Positions 42,875-57,250 of a stretch of 64,000 bases of DNA are shown in pieces. A model generated the notes under the pieces. The model ran no database searches, had not been told where the DNA came from, and saw nothing but the letters and a program-made list of their open reading frames with translations. Positions within the stretch are counted from its first letter, which is position 1; every line of letters begins with the position of its first letter. The stretch is from Eledone cirrhosa (lineage: Eukaryota): positions 438,774,001 to 438,838,000 of the forward strand of contig OZ024740.1 in NCBI GenBank assembly GCA_964016885.1, read 5' to 3'. The translations under genes were made by a program, and so were the position numbers.

Positions 42875-42884
42875 TATACATATG

Positions 42885-42936
<52 letters not shown>

Positions 42937-42953
42937 TGTCTGTGTGTGTATCA

Positions 42954-43005
<52 letters not shown>
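42660..43005. repeat. Compound (TA)n/TACA microsatellite
   Basis: Directly visible. Confidence 0.95.
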
Positions 43006-43010
<5 letters not shown>

Positions 43011-43035
43011 TGTAATAAACAACATAAGGCAATTA

Positions 43036-43095
43036 TTCCATTTACCAGTGGTTTCTTAAAAACAAAAAATGTTCCTTTCAATCATCAGAATGAAA
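43036..43095 (-). ncRNA. Hammerhead ribozyme, left arm
   Basis: TTTCATT-CTGATGA-TTGAAAG...TTTTTAA-GAAA-CCACTGG-TA-AATGGAA on the minus strand. Confidence 0.75.
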
Positions 43096-43151
43096 AGATC
43101 CTGGTGTATTTATTGATATTGGATTCAATATCAATAAATACACCAGAATCT

Positions 43152-43211
43152 TTTCATTCTGATGATTGAAAGCACAATTTTTTGTTTTTAAGAAACCACG
43201 GGTAAATGGAA
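43152..43211 (+). ncRNA. Hammerhead ribozyme, right arm
   Basis: CTGATGA 43159-43165; stem II TTGAAAGCA/TGTTTTTAA; GAAA 43192-43195; CCACGGG-TA; stem I TTTCATT/AATGGAA. Confidence 0.78.
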
Positions 43212-43498
43212 TAATTGCCTTATGTTGTTTATTACATAACTATTAAGCTCTGTTACCTATATAGAGCACTCTTTTTTCCTGGACTTTTCCTACGGAATTA
43301 CTTCATTTATATATATATATTGGGCGGTGGATTGGCAGTATTGTTAGAGGGTTGGCAGTATTGTTAGAGGGTAGCCACAGGGGCACAAAAGAAGGGGACA
43401 AATACATATATAGATAGATAGATGGATTTATATCTATCGATCTATCTCTCTACAGATCTATAGATAGATAGTTATATTTATATCTATATATATGTCTA

Positions 43499-43601
<103 letters not shown>

Positions 43602-43878
43602 CAAAATTACACACGGAAAAAGGACGACACATGTGGGACGACCAAACAATAGCAGCAACTTCCTGTTCGGCCACCCACTGGGAAATGCAGTTTTGTGTAT
43701 AATAGAAATATTGCGTCATGTTGATCTGAGAGGGCTTGACGGCTTGAACAAGGATGTATGTCAATAACAGAGAGACGGAGGATAAGAATGAAGTGTCTTT
43801 CGGCTAGAACAGCAAAACAAGAGATAAACAAATAATAATAATAATAATTGTTTCTGTATTCGTGAGTTTTTTTATCGA

Positions 43879-44074
43879 ATAATAATTGTTTCTACTTTTG
43901 GCACAAGGCCAACAATTAAACCAGTGTATTACTGGTACTTTATTTTATCGACCCCGTAAGGATGAAAGGCAAAGTTAACCTCGACGGGATTTGAACTCAG
44001 ACCATAAAGGGACGTAACTCTTTGCTGCAAAGCATGGCATCAGACCCTCTACCGATACTGCCACTCCACCGCCC
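43879..44074 (-). mobile_element. tRNA-derived SINE (family 1), full length
   Basis: Minus strand GGGCGGTGGA.TGGCAGTATCGG (A box), GAGTTCAAATCCC (B box), TTGCCTTTCATCCTTACGGGGTCGATAAAATAAAGTACCAG, (ATT)n tail. Confidence 0.88.
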
Positions 44075-44088
44075 TCACCTTTATATCG

Positions 44089-44278
44089 AATAATAATTGT
44101 TTCTACTTTTGACACAAGGCCAGCAATTATTCAGTACATTACTGGTACTTTATTTTATCGACCCTGTAAGGATGAAAGGCAAAGTTAACCTCGACAGGAC
44201 TTGAACTCAAACCGTAAAGGGACGTAACTATGCTAGAAATCATGGCGTCCAACTCTCTACCGATACTGCCAATTCACC
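44089..44278 (-). mobile_element. tRNA-derived SINE (family 1), tandem second copy
   Basis: Direct repeat of 43879-44074 with multiple substitutions. Confidence 0.86.
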
Positions 44279-44848
44279 ATTTGATTCGTTTGCAAGCAAT
44301 CAGCTTCATTATTCTATGGTTTTAGATGACCATCGCCATTGTTTTGTTCTAGCGGTAACAGAGAGAAACAAATGACAATATTGTTTTTGAGTTATTGCCC
44401 TTTGTCAAGGTTGTGTATCCCTCTTCTTTCACTGATTAGAGCCCTTGAGAATATAATTAGTTATCGGTTATACCGACTACGAGGGCCGATATACACCTAA
44501 CCATAGTAGTCTGTATCTATAAGGGAAACATTTGAAAATCTAATATACAAGAAAGAATACACATATCAGATTGACAACTATACAGACACCAGCTGGGGGG
44601 GTTCTTTCATTTTGGAAATTCCTATCCTATAGAAAGTCTTAACGCCACAGCACCACCCGCCCCAACACCAACACCTCAACTCCGATTTTGAACAAAACAA
44701 GCCAAACGTAACACAATTTGCCGCTTTATAAGGAAATTACTTCTGATGGACATGAAAAGAATCATCTGTTGATGCCAGACCAAGAGGAGAAGGTGTTATG
44801 AACTAGGTGACTCAACAAAGGTACAACACTTTCAAAGGAACAAATTTG

Positions 44849-47800
44849 CCAAAGTATGTAATATATCATACTATAGTTAAACACTACCAAAGTAGTAATA
44901 TAGTATACTACAGTACTATATAACAGTTAAACCCTACCAAAGTATGTAATATATCATACTATAGTTAAACACTGCCAAACCATGTAATATATTATACTAC
45001 AGTAGTATATAACAGTTAAACACTGCCAAAGTATTAATATAGTATACTACAGTAGTATATAACAGTTAAACACTGCCAAAGTATGTAATATATTATACTA
45101 CAGTAGTATATAACAGTTAAACACTGCCAAAGTATTAATATAGTATACTACAGTAGTATATAACAGTTAAACACTGCCAAAGTATGTAATATATTATACT
45201 ACAGTAGTATATAACAGTTAAACACTACCAAAGTATGTAATATAGTATACTACAGTACTATATAATAGTTAAACCCTACCAAAGTATGTAATATAGTATA
45301 CTACAGTACTATATAACAGTTTAACACTACCAATGTATGTAATATAGTATACTACAGTACTATATAACAGTTAAACCCTACCAAAGTATGTAATATATTA
45401 TACTACAGTAGTATATAACAGTTAAACACTGCCAAAGTATGTAATATATCATACTACAGTACTATATAACAGTTAAACTATACCAAAGTATGTAATATAG
45501 TATACTACAGTACTATATAACAGTTAAACACTACCAAAGTATGTAATATATTATACTACAGTAGTATATAACAGTTAAACACTACCAAAGTATGTAATAT
45601 ATTATACGACAGTACTATATAACAGTTAAACACTGCCAAAGTATGTAATATATCATACTACAGTACTATATAACAGTTAAACTCAACCAAAGTATGTAAT
45701 ATAGTATACTACAGTACTATATAACAGTTAAACACTACCAAAGGATGTAATATATTATACTACAGTAGTATATAACAGTTAAACACTACCAAAGTATGTA
45801 ATATAGTATACTACAGTACTATATAACAGTTAAACACTACCAAAGTATGTAATATAGTATACTACAGTACTATATAACAGTTAAACACTACCAAAGTATG
45901 TAATATAGTATACTACAGTACTATATAACAGTTAAACACTACCAAACCATGTAATATATTATACTACAGTACTATATAACAGTTAAACACTACCAAAGTA
46001 TGTAATAGAGTATACTACAATACTATATAATAGTTAAACACTACCAAACCATGTAATATAGTATACTACAGTACTATATAACAGTTTAACACTACCAAAG
46101 TATGTAATATAGTATACTACAGTACTATATAACAGTTAAACACTACCAAACCATGTAATATAGTATACTACAGTACTATATAACAGTTAAACACTACCAA
46201 AGTATGTAATACAGTATACTACAGTACTATATAACAGTTAAACCCTACCAAACCATGTAATATATTATACTACAGTACTATATAACAGTTTAACACTACG
46301 AAAGTATGTAATATATTATACTACAGTACTATATAACAGTTTAACACTACCAAAGTATGTAATATATTATACTACAGTACTATATAACAGTTTAACACTA
46401 CCAAAGTATGTAATATAGTATACTACAGTACTATATAACAGTTTAACACTACCAAAGTATGTAATAGAGTATACTACAGTACTATATAACAGTTAAACAC
46501 TACCAAAGTATGTAATATAGTATACTACAGTACTATATAACAGTTTAACACTACCAAAGTAGTAATATAGTATACTACAGTACTATATAACAGTTAAACA
46601 TTACCAAAGTATGTAATATAGTATACTACAGTACTATATGACAGTTAAACACTACCACAGTTTTAATATATTATACTACAGTACTACATAACAGTTAAAC
46701 ACTACCAAAGTATGTAATATAGTATACTACAGTACTATATAACAGTTAAACCCTACCAAAGTATGTAATAGAGTATACTACAGTACTATATAACAGTTAA
46801 ACACTACCAAAGTATGTAATATAGTATACTACAGTACTATATAACAGTTAAACCCTACCAAACCATGTCATATATTATACTACAGTACTATATAACAGTT
46901 AAACACTACCAAAGTATGTAATATAGTATACTACAGTACTATATGACAGTTAAACACTACCAAAGTAGTAATATATTATACTACAGTACTATATAACAGT
47001 TAAACACTACCAAAGTAGTAATATATTATACTACAGTACTATATAACAGTTAAACCCTACCAAAGTAGTAATATATTATACTACAGTACTATATAACAGT
47101 TAAACACTACCAAACCATGTAATATATCATACTACAGTACTATATAACAGTTAAACTCTACCAAAGTATGTAATATATTATACTACCGTACTATATAACA
47201 GTTACACCCTACCAACGTATGTAATATAGTATACTACACTACTATATAACAGTTAAACCCTGTAAAAGCATTAATATATTATACTACAGTACTATATAAC
47301 AGTTAAACCCTACCAAAGTATATAATATAGTACACGACAGTACTATATAACAGTTAAACACTACCAAAGTATGTAATATAGTATACTACAGTACTATATA
47401 ACAGTTAAACCCTACAAAAGTATGTAATAGAGTATACTACAGTACTATATAACAGTTAAACCCTACCAAAGTAGTAATATATTATACTACAGTACTATAT
47501 AACAGTTAAACACTACCAAAGTATGTAATATAGTATACGACAGTACTATATAACAGTTAAACCCTACCAAAGTATGTAATAGAGTATACTACAGTACTAT
47601 ATAACAGTTAAACCCTACCAAAGTATGTAATATATTATACTACAGTACTATATAACAGTTTAACCCTGCCAAAGTATTAATATAGTATACTACAGTACTA
47701 TATAACACTTAAACCCTACCAAAGTATGTAATATAGTATTCTACAGTACTATATAACAGTTAAACACTACCAAAGTATGTAATATACTATACTACAGTAC

Positions 47801-47862
47801 TATATAACAGTTAAACACTACCTAAGTATGTAATATAGTATACTGCAATACTATATAACACT
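44849..47862. repeat. 51-bp minisatellite, about 59 copies: CCAAAGTATGTAATATAGTATACTACAGTACTATATAACAGTTAAACACTA
   Basis: Period measured from CCAAAG at 45789 and 45840; 50-bp variants present. Confidence 0.97.
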
Positions 47863-48159
47863 GTAGTCCACAGGATGGGGAGGCAGAAGAAGGGGTACTT
47901 TTGTTGGTTTTAGAGCAGGAGAGGGGAGATAAGCTAGAAGCCAAGAGGGGAAGATGAGCAGTAATGTGACCACCACTGCTGACCCACCAGGGAAAGGGTG
48001 GTACAGTTGAGGTTCGAAACATCCAACAAACAGTGTGTGTGTGTGTGTGTGAATGTGTGTGTCAGCTCACACCTATACAGGTTTAGCTAGGCCTCGTTCC
48101 AAGGTATACCTCGTTGGAGGTGTTTTGGGTAACTTAATGATAGGGATCCCAGTCCCTAT

Positions 48160-48307
48160 CATCTCATTTCTACAGCCGAGTAAACTGGAGCAACGTGAAA
48201 TAAATTGACTCTCTCAAGGAAACAACACATCACTCTGTCCGACAATTGAACTCACAACCTTTCGATTACAAGCCCGATGCTCTAACCACTATGTCATGCA
48301 CCTTCAC
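48160..48307 (-). mobile_element. SINE, second family
   Basis: Shares CTCATTT...CTGGAGCAACGTGAAAT...CTCAAG with 38539-38600; degenerate tRNA-like head on the minus strand. Confidence 0.6.
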
Positions 48308-48629
48308 ACCAAACAAACATTAGACACCGCCTGACGATATCAAAACCTCCAAGTCGGTGTTTACTGAATGACTTTAAGCCATCTTCTTAAAGATGGAATT
48401 ATTCCATCCATTTTTTCTTTCTTTTTCCTTTTTACTGATATCTAAATCTAATATCAATTTGATCCCCATAATATGGCTCTGAATTATGATAACCAACTGA
48501 AAGGCTCTCACTTTGTTGCTGCCGCCATGTTGAAATGAGGATTGGAGTTGAACATATACACGTGGTGCTCCGAAATAGATCTCAATTATGTCGGATAGTT
48601 CTGTTTGTACCAATTTACCTCAAACGCAT

Positions 48630-49600
<971 letters not shown>

Positions 49601-49976
49601 AAACCTTGAGGAATTCTCGATACGTCGAATAACATGATTAAAAATATCGATTCAAATAAACAATGCATAGCAAGAAAAAGTAAATAGTGTTTTCAATTTA
49701 TTTCATGGTAGATGTCACTATTTTTGTGAAAAACTTCAATAAATAATTATAAATTGTATTGTAAACATGGAGTAGCCATCTACTATCAGTTCTTCAGCAA
49801 TATTTCAACTCATTATCTACCAAGTACATTGTAAAGTATTCAATACTTATCATTGTGTACACTAAAATATCCTGGCTTTCATACACGGTCTGACTCTCTC
49901 CCTCTCTCTCTCTCTCTCTCTGTATATATATATATATATATATATATAGATGGTGGTAACTGAAATAAATTCGGTG

Positions 49977-50054
<78 letters not shown>

Positions 50055-50086
50055 GGTGGTCACTGAAATAAATTCGGTGACTTCTG

Positions 50087-50163
<77 letters not shown>

Positions 50164-50388
50164 CACGATTTCACCGAATTTATATTCATGGAAATTTGGG
50201 ACTTGACTCCTTCTTCCTCATTTTTCGTTGCTTCACCATCTTTGTTTGTTTACACTCTCGTGTTCCCTTTATTTACGTGTCCCAACGACTTTTTTTAGCC
50301 GCTGCTCGCACCAACCGAAGGTATATGGTCTTTAAAGCGATGAAATACCAATGATGGTTGGAAGATCACTGATGAAGGACTAGCTTTA

Positions 50389-50480
<92 letters not shown>

Positions 50481-50748
50481 CATATATATATATATTTAGG
50501 TTTGTTGATTCACCACTGGATAGAATTGGTTATTCCGTATAGTCAATCTCTTCTTTTTTCTCTTTGACGAGAAGGTAGTAGTACATTATAAGCTTTCGCC
50601 CCCTCACCAGATGGTCATAAGTAGACCGAATAGCCAACACTTGAGGGCGACCGACTAAGGTAGAAGATGCTAGATGGTCGGTCGTCCTCTTGTCTATCAT
50701 TTTCAGCCCCATGGATTTTATCTGTTATATTCCTTTATTATATTTCGA

Positions 50749-50792
50749 ATACCTGATGATATCACCGGATTCATACGAAATGATCATAGTAT
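50749..50792 (+). ncRNA. Hammerhead motif in a TA-flanked pLTR-like stub (about 50495-50840)
   Basis: ATAC-CTGATGA-weak stem II-GAAA-TGATCA-TA-GTAT; palindromic stem III. Confidence 0.65.
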
Positions 50793-50837
50793 AATAAACC
50801 TTTCAAGGATTTACACCAGTCCAGCCTCCTGTTATTT

Positions 50838-50893
<56 letters not shown>

Positions 50894-50908
50894 GTATACA
50901 CACACACG

Positions 50909-51257
<349 letters not shown>

Positions 51258-52048
51258 AAAAAATATCAGTCAAAATCTTTTCCTGAGTTCAGATTTTTTC
51301 GTTGCTATGGCAATGTGGCCGGACTGTCGATCGCTATATTTGATTTGCAAAGCTGTCTAAACATCTTGTTATAACTCTGGGGTAATATTCTCCATCGAGT
51401 GCTAAGCTGCATTCGTTAGCTTGGCCGCAGCCAAAAGCTTCGTTGATGCTGTACTAAAATTTGTATATATATATATATATATACGTTTAAATATGGTAGT
51501 TTACCACTGGGTAGAATTGGTCATTCTGCAATGTTATTCATGATGTAATATAAGAAAAGCACTCGACATTATTTATGGACCGTCGGATGTATATATACAT
51601 ATATACTTATAAATGTGCATGTATGTGTGTGTTTGAGTTTATGTACGTATGTATGTATGTATGTATGTATGTATGTATGTATGTATGTATGTATGTATGT
51701 ATGTATGTATGTATATGTGCGTTTGCAAGCATATGCGTGTGTGTGAGTGCACGTGTGTGCTAGCAAAAGTACATACCTATATAGATATATATATTACTAA
51801 TCTGTTGCCCGGCTACTGATAGCCTACAACATTTGTATGTTAGTTATAATGAACTAGAGTATAAATAAGCATAGTAATAAGGTGGAAATTACCTAGGGAC
51901 GACATCTGTAGGAGATTCGATAGTTACGTGAGAACTAAGGCATTGTAAGTGAGAGCAAATCTATGCAGTGATACTTGATCACTAGATCTGTCAGACACTT
52001 AGAGAGTCTACTCTTTGATACTATCCTACCTGCCAAAAATCATCATTG

Positions 52049-52115
52049 TCTTCTTCTTCTTCTTCTTCTTCTTCTTCTTCTTCTTCTTCTTCTTCTTCTT
52101 CTTCTTCTTCTTCTT
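52049..52115. repeat. (TCT)n microsatellite
   Basis: Directly visible. Confidence 0.97.
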
Positions 52116-52233
52116 TTGATACGGCTGGATCCCCAAGCGTGACAAGCCGAGCTTGGTTTTTCCCGTCAAATGTACCCAGAAATTATTTCCTGATACATTC
52201 TAACCACATGCCCATAGTATCGGAACTGTGATC

Positions 52234-52401
52234 CAGACCTGCCAACCTCTAAAAATCCAAGCGAGGAGTACCATGAAAAAAGTGCTCCAAAACGGGGAGA
52301 AATGAGGCAAAATGGGGAGATTTTACTTAATGAAAGCTACACCCATTTTCACAAAATGGGTGGGAGATCTCCCCATTGAACACGGAGAGTTGACAGGTTT
52401 G
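52234..52401. mobile_element. 168-bp MITE with 13-bp imperfect TIRs and 6-bp TSD GTGATC
   Basis: CAGACCTGCCAAC...GTTGACAGGTTTG; GTGATC at 52228-52233 and 52402-52407. Confidence 0.8.
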
Positions 52402-52676
52402 GTGATCTCTCAATTCGGAGATGTAGCGACTCTACTACGAGTGACTTTCTGATCTCCGAGGTACGCACTCTATGGCGTAACGTTACCCCAGTCTATAATT
52501 GAATAGGTTGCTTACATTTAGAGATTATGAGACTTATTGATACACACTGGCTGAAATGTTGCCATATTTTAGCCTTTGTCGTACATTCAAGTCATAATCC
52601 TTTCTAAAGAAGCAATGTTGTTTTGTTTAATTGGTCCACTCTTATTGAAAAGAACTAACCATGTTACTTTCATAAA

Positions 52677-52880
52677 GGCGGTGGATTGCCAGTAAACGGT
52701 AGAGCATCGGATAATATTCTTTATGGCATAGAGTTACAACCCTTTATATTCCGAGTTCAAATACTACCTAGGTTAGAGTTGCCTTTCATCCTTGCAGGGT
52801 TGATAAAATAAAGTACCAATATCCCATCCTTTAGTTGACAAAATAAAGTACCTGTATCACATTCCTGCAGGGTTGATAAA
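52677..52880 (+). mobile_element. Diverged SINE (family 1) with duplicated 3' segments
   Basis: GGCGGTGGATTG...GAGTTCAAAT...TTGCCTTTCATCCTTGCAGGGTTGATAAAATAAAGTACC. Confidence 0.78.
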
Positions 52881-53652
52881 GTGTTTCCCTTCTAACAGTA
52901 TAGACATCGAGTATAAATGTTCTCTCCCCCAAAACCCTTCCAATATTCAGGTAACTAACTGATAGGAATCTTACAATGAAGGATTTTACAATGAAGAGTT
53001 AAAGTCAGGAAGGAATCAACAATCTATGTTGTAATAGAATTAGAAAGGAAACCGAAATATCTGCTCTACTGTAAGAGAAAGAACGAGGCATTATAGGACT
53101 TCCGGTATGACCTAGCAAATAATGCAGCAGAGAAATTTATCGGTTCCGTAGAAGAGTTTTTAACCTTGTAGTTAAATATTTTCTTCGTATTAAAAAAACA
53201 AACAACACGTAAATGTGAATACCTCAACATTCCTATGGTTATTAAAGACCACAAGAGTAAATGATAAATTTGTTGCCCTAGAGAGTGTCTGCCTCAGAGA
53301 AAGATCACTGCTGCCTTGTTATAAAGTGGTTTACTGCGAAAAAAGTGATTTACTGCAATTGAATTGCTGCAGGGGTGATGAAAAGCTTCAAATAAGAGCT
53401 CCCCTTAAACAATTTGACATCATTACATGGTAAAGAAAGGTCTACAGGGTTAACATATAAAATTAAGTTACGTGCCAATATTGTTACATTCAGGAATATA
53501 ATGGAACAGACTTTCTCAACAATATCACACACACGCACGAGTACATACACTGATGCACCCACCTCTCTCTGTCTCTCCCTCTCCCCCCCTCTGTCCCTCT
53601 CTCTCACACACATACATGTGTGTATACAATCTCTCTCACACACCCACACAGA

Positions 53653-53701
<49 letters not shown>

Positions 53702-53958
53702 GATGGATGTATACTACATAGTACACATTTATATATACACACACACATATATGTATATATATATATATATATACATATAGTGAAGGTGCATGGCTATATA
53801 CACACGCACACACACATATATATATATATACACCGACAACATATATATACACCATAAACATTTATATATACACCCTCATCATATATATACACACCCTCAG
53901 CATATATATATATATATATATATACAAACACCCAAAACATATATTTATATATATATAA

Positions 53959-53995
<37 letters not shown>

Positions 53996-54133
53996 ACAAA
54001 GGAATTGTAGTAAGGAACCAAATGGACCATAACGCACCAGAGTACTCAATACTTAAGGTAGTAGAGTAGGAAATAGGAAAAAGTAAGACCCCCGACGGCA
54101 GAGCTCAAGCCGTTTCGACGGTTCATACTTTTT

Positions 54134-54198
<65 letters not shown>

Positions 54199-54458
54199 CT
54201 TCAACATATATCTATATATCCATAACATATACATAGACCCTCAACATATATATATATAGATATCCACAATTTATATATACACCCTCAACACATATATACA
54301 CCTTCAATATATATATATATATCAGAATGGAGGCGATAAAAACCAGTTACCCCATAACCCACCAGAGTATTCAATACTTGGGATAGTAGAGTAGGTAATA
54401 TGAAGACTGATAACTATTGAAATGGTCGGAGCTCAGCCGTTGGGGTCCCGAACTTTTC

Positions 54459-54496
<38 letters not shown>

Positions 54497-54630
54497 AAAA
54501 GGTAAACAGAAATAACAACACAATCGGTAGAGTATATGGAAAAAATATATTAGTTTAACGCGTGATATAGCAGGAAGAGGGTCTTACAGTTTCGGACGCG
54601 AATCCTTCATCAGAAGAAAGAATGAGTAAT
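54497..54630 (-). mobile_element. pLTR end, family D, with hammerhead motif at 54582-54617
   Basis: Reverse complement matches 61147-61277; CTGATGA-A-GGA..TCC-GAAA. Confidence 0.72.
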
Positions 54631-54739
54631 TAGAAAGATTGAAGGGACAGGTAGGGTGGAATCGGAAAAAAATGTTTTTAGAGAAAAATAACAGATATAT
54701 ATATATATTCAACTTATTTTCTCCCAACTAGCAGATTAC

Positions 54740-55590
54740 CAATGAGAGTACAACAACCAGAGATACCAGAGTGTCATGTTCGTGGATGCTACCCCTGGAG
54801 AGAAATTAGCTAACCAATTTAGAAAGCCCCTAAGAAAGACACATCTAAAGATTAAAGTGGTAGAAAAGCCAGGAACTACCAGAAAATCCCTGATCAGCGA
54901 AACATAACCCTTTAAGAAAACCCACTGTACGAATAAAAATATGTTATATGTAGAATAAATCCACAAATATATTGTAAAATTAGAAGTGTAGTCTATAGCA
55001 TAAGATGTACAGAGGGTACTTGCAGACACATGACAACAACATATATAGGTGAGACAGCTCGGAGCATAGGAGAAAGAATAGACCAAAACTGGGGGGAACT
55101 AAAAGGACAAAAAGACGGCTTCGGTACTATACGAACACGCCAGACAAAGACATGATGGTAATATAGACAACATAGAAATTAAAATAAATATCTAAACATA
55201 GAAATGACACAACAGGTAGACAAATCAGAGAAGCAACTTAGATAGAACTATGAAAACCAAAGTTGAACAGAAAAAATGAATGGAATAACGACAACCACTC
55301 ACAAACACACAATAGTGACTTAAGATATATATAAATATACACAGGTATAATAAACACACAAACACATAAACACACACTAGTGAACAAAAATAGAATACAA
55401 ACACACACAGACTCAGACACGAACACACACATCAAATAAAAACGCACACGCAAACGCAAACGAGACAGAGGCAAGAATAAATAAATGAAAAAATGGCGTA
55501 GACATTACAATACAACGGGAGGAAACATAATAGTTCTACTGATGATGTCACAGGTGTGTGATGAAAGAACTTTGATAGACTATTATATAT
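54740..55590 (+). mobile_element. Decayed PLE 3' fragment (linker plus GIY-YIG) with degenerate hammerhead at 55531-55582
   Basis: VMFVDATPGEKLA...KIKVVEKPG; SVVYSIRC; YIGETARSIGER; VLYEHARQRHDG. CTGATGA-T-GTCACA..TGTGAT-GAAA. Confidence 0.75.
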
Positions 55591-55826
55591 ATATATTTAT
55601 ATCTATATTTTTAACCGTTGGTCAATCAATAATAAACATTGATTGCCAGATAAATTAGCTATAGTGATATAAAAGATACAGAAGCGAAAACCAATCCAAA
55701 CCAAACACTGAGTGTGATTTATTATTATTTCTGGCAATATTATAACAATATGACCCTACCAAATATAACAATATTTGTTTCAACATACGATTTGAAAATC
55801 AAATGTATATATATATATATATATAT

Positions 55827-56604
55827 AGAAGTGGTTACACACCATAGCGAGAACAATACCATACCAGGGTGCTCTTGCCGTAAGCCCGAAGCTTGTCCCC
55901 TTCAGCAGCAATGCAACACACCCGCTGTAGTTTATGACGCTGTGGTCACTTCCAACCGCCCAAATCAACCACAGGAGGTCAAATCCTATGTGGGTATGGC
56001 GGAGAGCCGATTTAAGGAACGCTTAATCGACCTTTAGGTACCCGGACAAACGTTCATCCACGAAACTCGAGAGTCACGTATGGTTCCTCAAGGACTCAAG
56101 TATAGACTACTCCATTCAATGGAAAGCCATCACTAAGTCCAAGCCATACGCAAGGAGTAATCCGTCGTGTGGACTATGTAGTGATGATCGAATAAATATT
56201 CTACGCAATAGTGATTGCCTAAACTCAAGGTATTAATTCTTCACACGTTGTCCACACGTCCGGAAACACCTCTTACATAACTACAAAGCTCCGGATTGAA
56301 TTACAACAACATCCCAATTTTCTTATCAACTAGAAACTTTTGGACTTTCGCAGTTATCTCCCTTACACTTCTCGCACCCAATTTAGTATTGTCTGTGGGA
56401 AGTGATCGTTTCTGCGCATGCGTGTTTGTACGGTTGTCCTTCTTGTTCCGTATAACCATGTCCATTACGATACGAGCTGAGGATCCGCTAGGTGAAATAA
56501 TTGTTCTCGGTATGGTGAACTAACTGTTGTGTAACCACTTCCACCTAACTCGTCCTATGGACTGAGTGCTCTACCATTACGGATATTACCTTCCAGTGTT
56601 CTAC

Positions 56605-56610
<6 letters not shown>
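55827..56610 (+). mobile_element. Decayed PLE 3' fragment (GIY-YIG) with pLTR and a short inverted 5' cap
   Basis: CSCRKPEACPL..C..VVYDA..YVGMAESRFKER; WKAITKSKPY..CGLC..LNSR..CPH. 55828-55857 is an internally deleted inverse of 56500-56541. Confidence 0.82.
56471..56512 (+). ncRNA. Minimal hammerhead motif
   Basis: CGAG-CTGAGGA-TCCGCTAGGT-GAAA-TAATTG-TT-CTCG. Confidence 0.65.
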
Positions 56611-56640
<30 letters not shown>

Positions 56641-56643
<3 letters not shown>

Positions 56644-57189
56644 ACTGACGAAGGACTAATTTTATCATATGTAACCCATGTGCAACCACGCAGTATTCTT
56701 CTTTCTTCTCATTCTTTTAATATATATTTACCTCGGCTGCGTTTGTCTGTTTCTCTCTTACTGCTTCCCCGTTCTCTATGTTTCTCTCACCTTCTTTCGC
56801 CCCCTCTGTCAGTTACACTTTCTCTCGACTGACCTCTTCCTCGCACTTCCACTCACTCACTCTCTGTTTCTCCCCTTCTCACTTCCTCCCGTTTGGCGAG
56901 TAGTGGGTTCTCTTCTTGCTCACATCTGATTCACGTCGGACGGTCTGTATCTTGATCGCTCATGAAATCCACCCAGTTTATGGTGACCGGATAACCATGT
57001 TGCTTGTTTATTCCTATCTTTGCGTTGCTTTCATCCTTCTATCTTGTTTACTTGTCTCACTCGCTTTACGCGATTTACTTGTCCCAATAGCTTTTTTTAT
57101 TTATTGCTCGCACCAACCTGAGGTATATGATTTTTAATGCGATGAAATATCAATGATGGTTTGAAAATCACTGACGAAGGACTACTTTT

Positions 57190-57196
<7 letters not shown>
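56641..57196 (+). repeat. TA-flanked dispersed repeat with 28-bp terminal direct repeats; its 3' part is also found at about 50270-50392
   Basis: CACTGACGAAGGACTA.TTTTATCATAT at 56643 and 57169; TGCTCGCACCAACC..AGGTATATG shared with 50303-50327. Confidence 0.7.

Positions 57197-57250
<54 letters not shown>

Larger units (their letters stand above)
43004..43308 (+). mobile_element. Coding-free palindromic pLTR mini-element (arms about 117 bp) with a hammerhead in each arm and a 65-bp 3' tail
   Basis: 43004-43120 is a near-perfect reverse complement of 43125-43242; TA arrays on both sides. Confidence 0.85.

Noticed and set aside
44731-44791. Possible 60-nt exon (AG...GT, EITSDGHEKNHLLMPDQEEK)
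   Set aside because: Weak splice context, no recognisable protein and no partner exons.
44849-47862. CRISPR array
   Set aside because: No unique spacers, no cas genes, eukaryotic context.
53040-53440. Coding-looking unique segment
   Set aside because: Short frames with stops and no recognisable motif.
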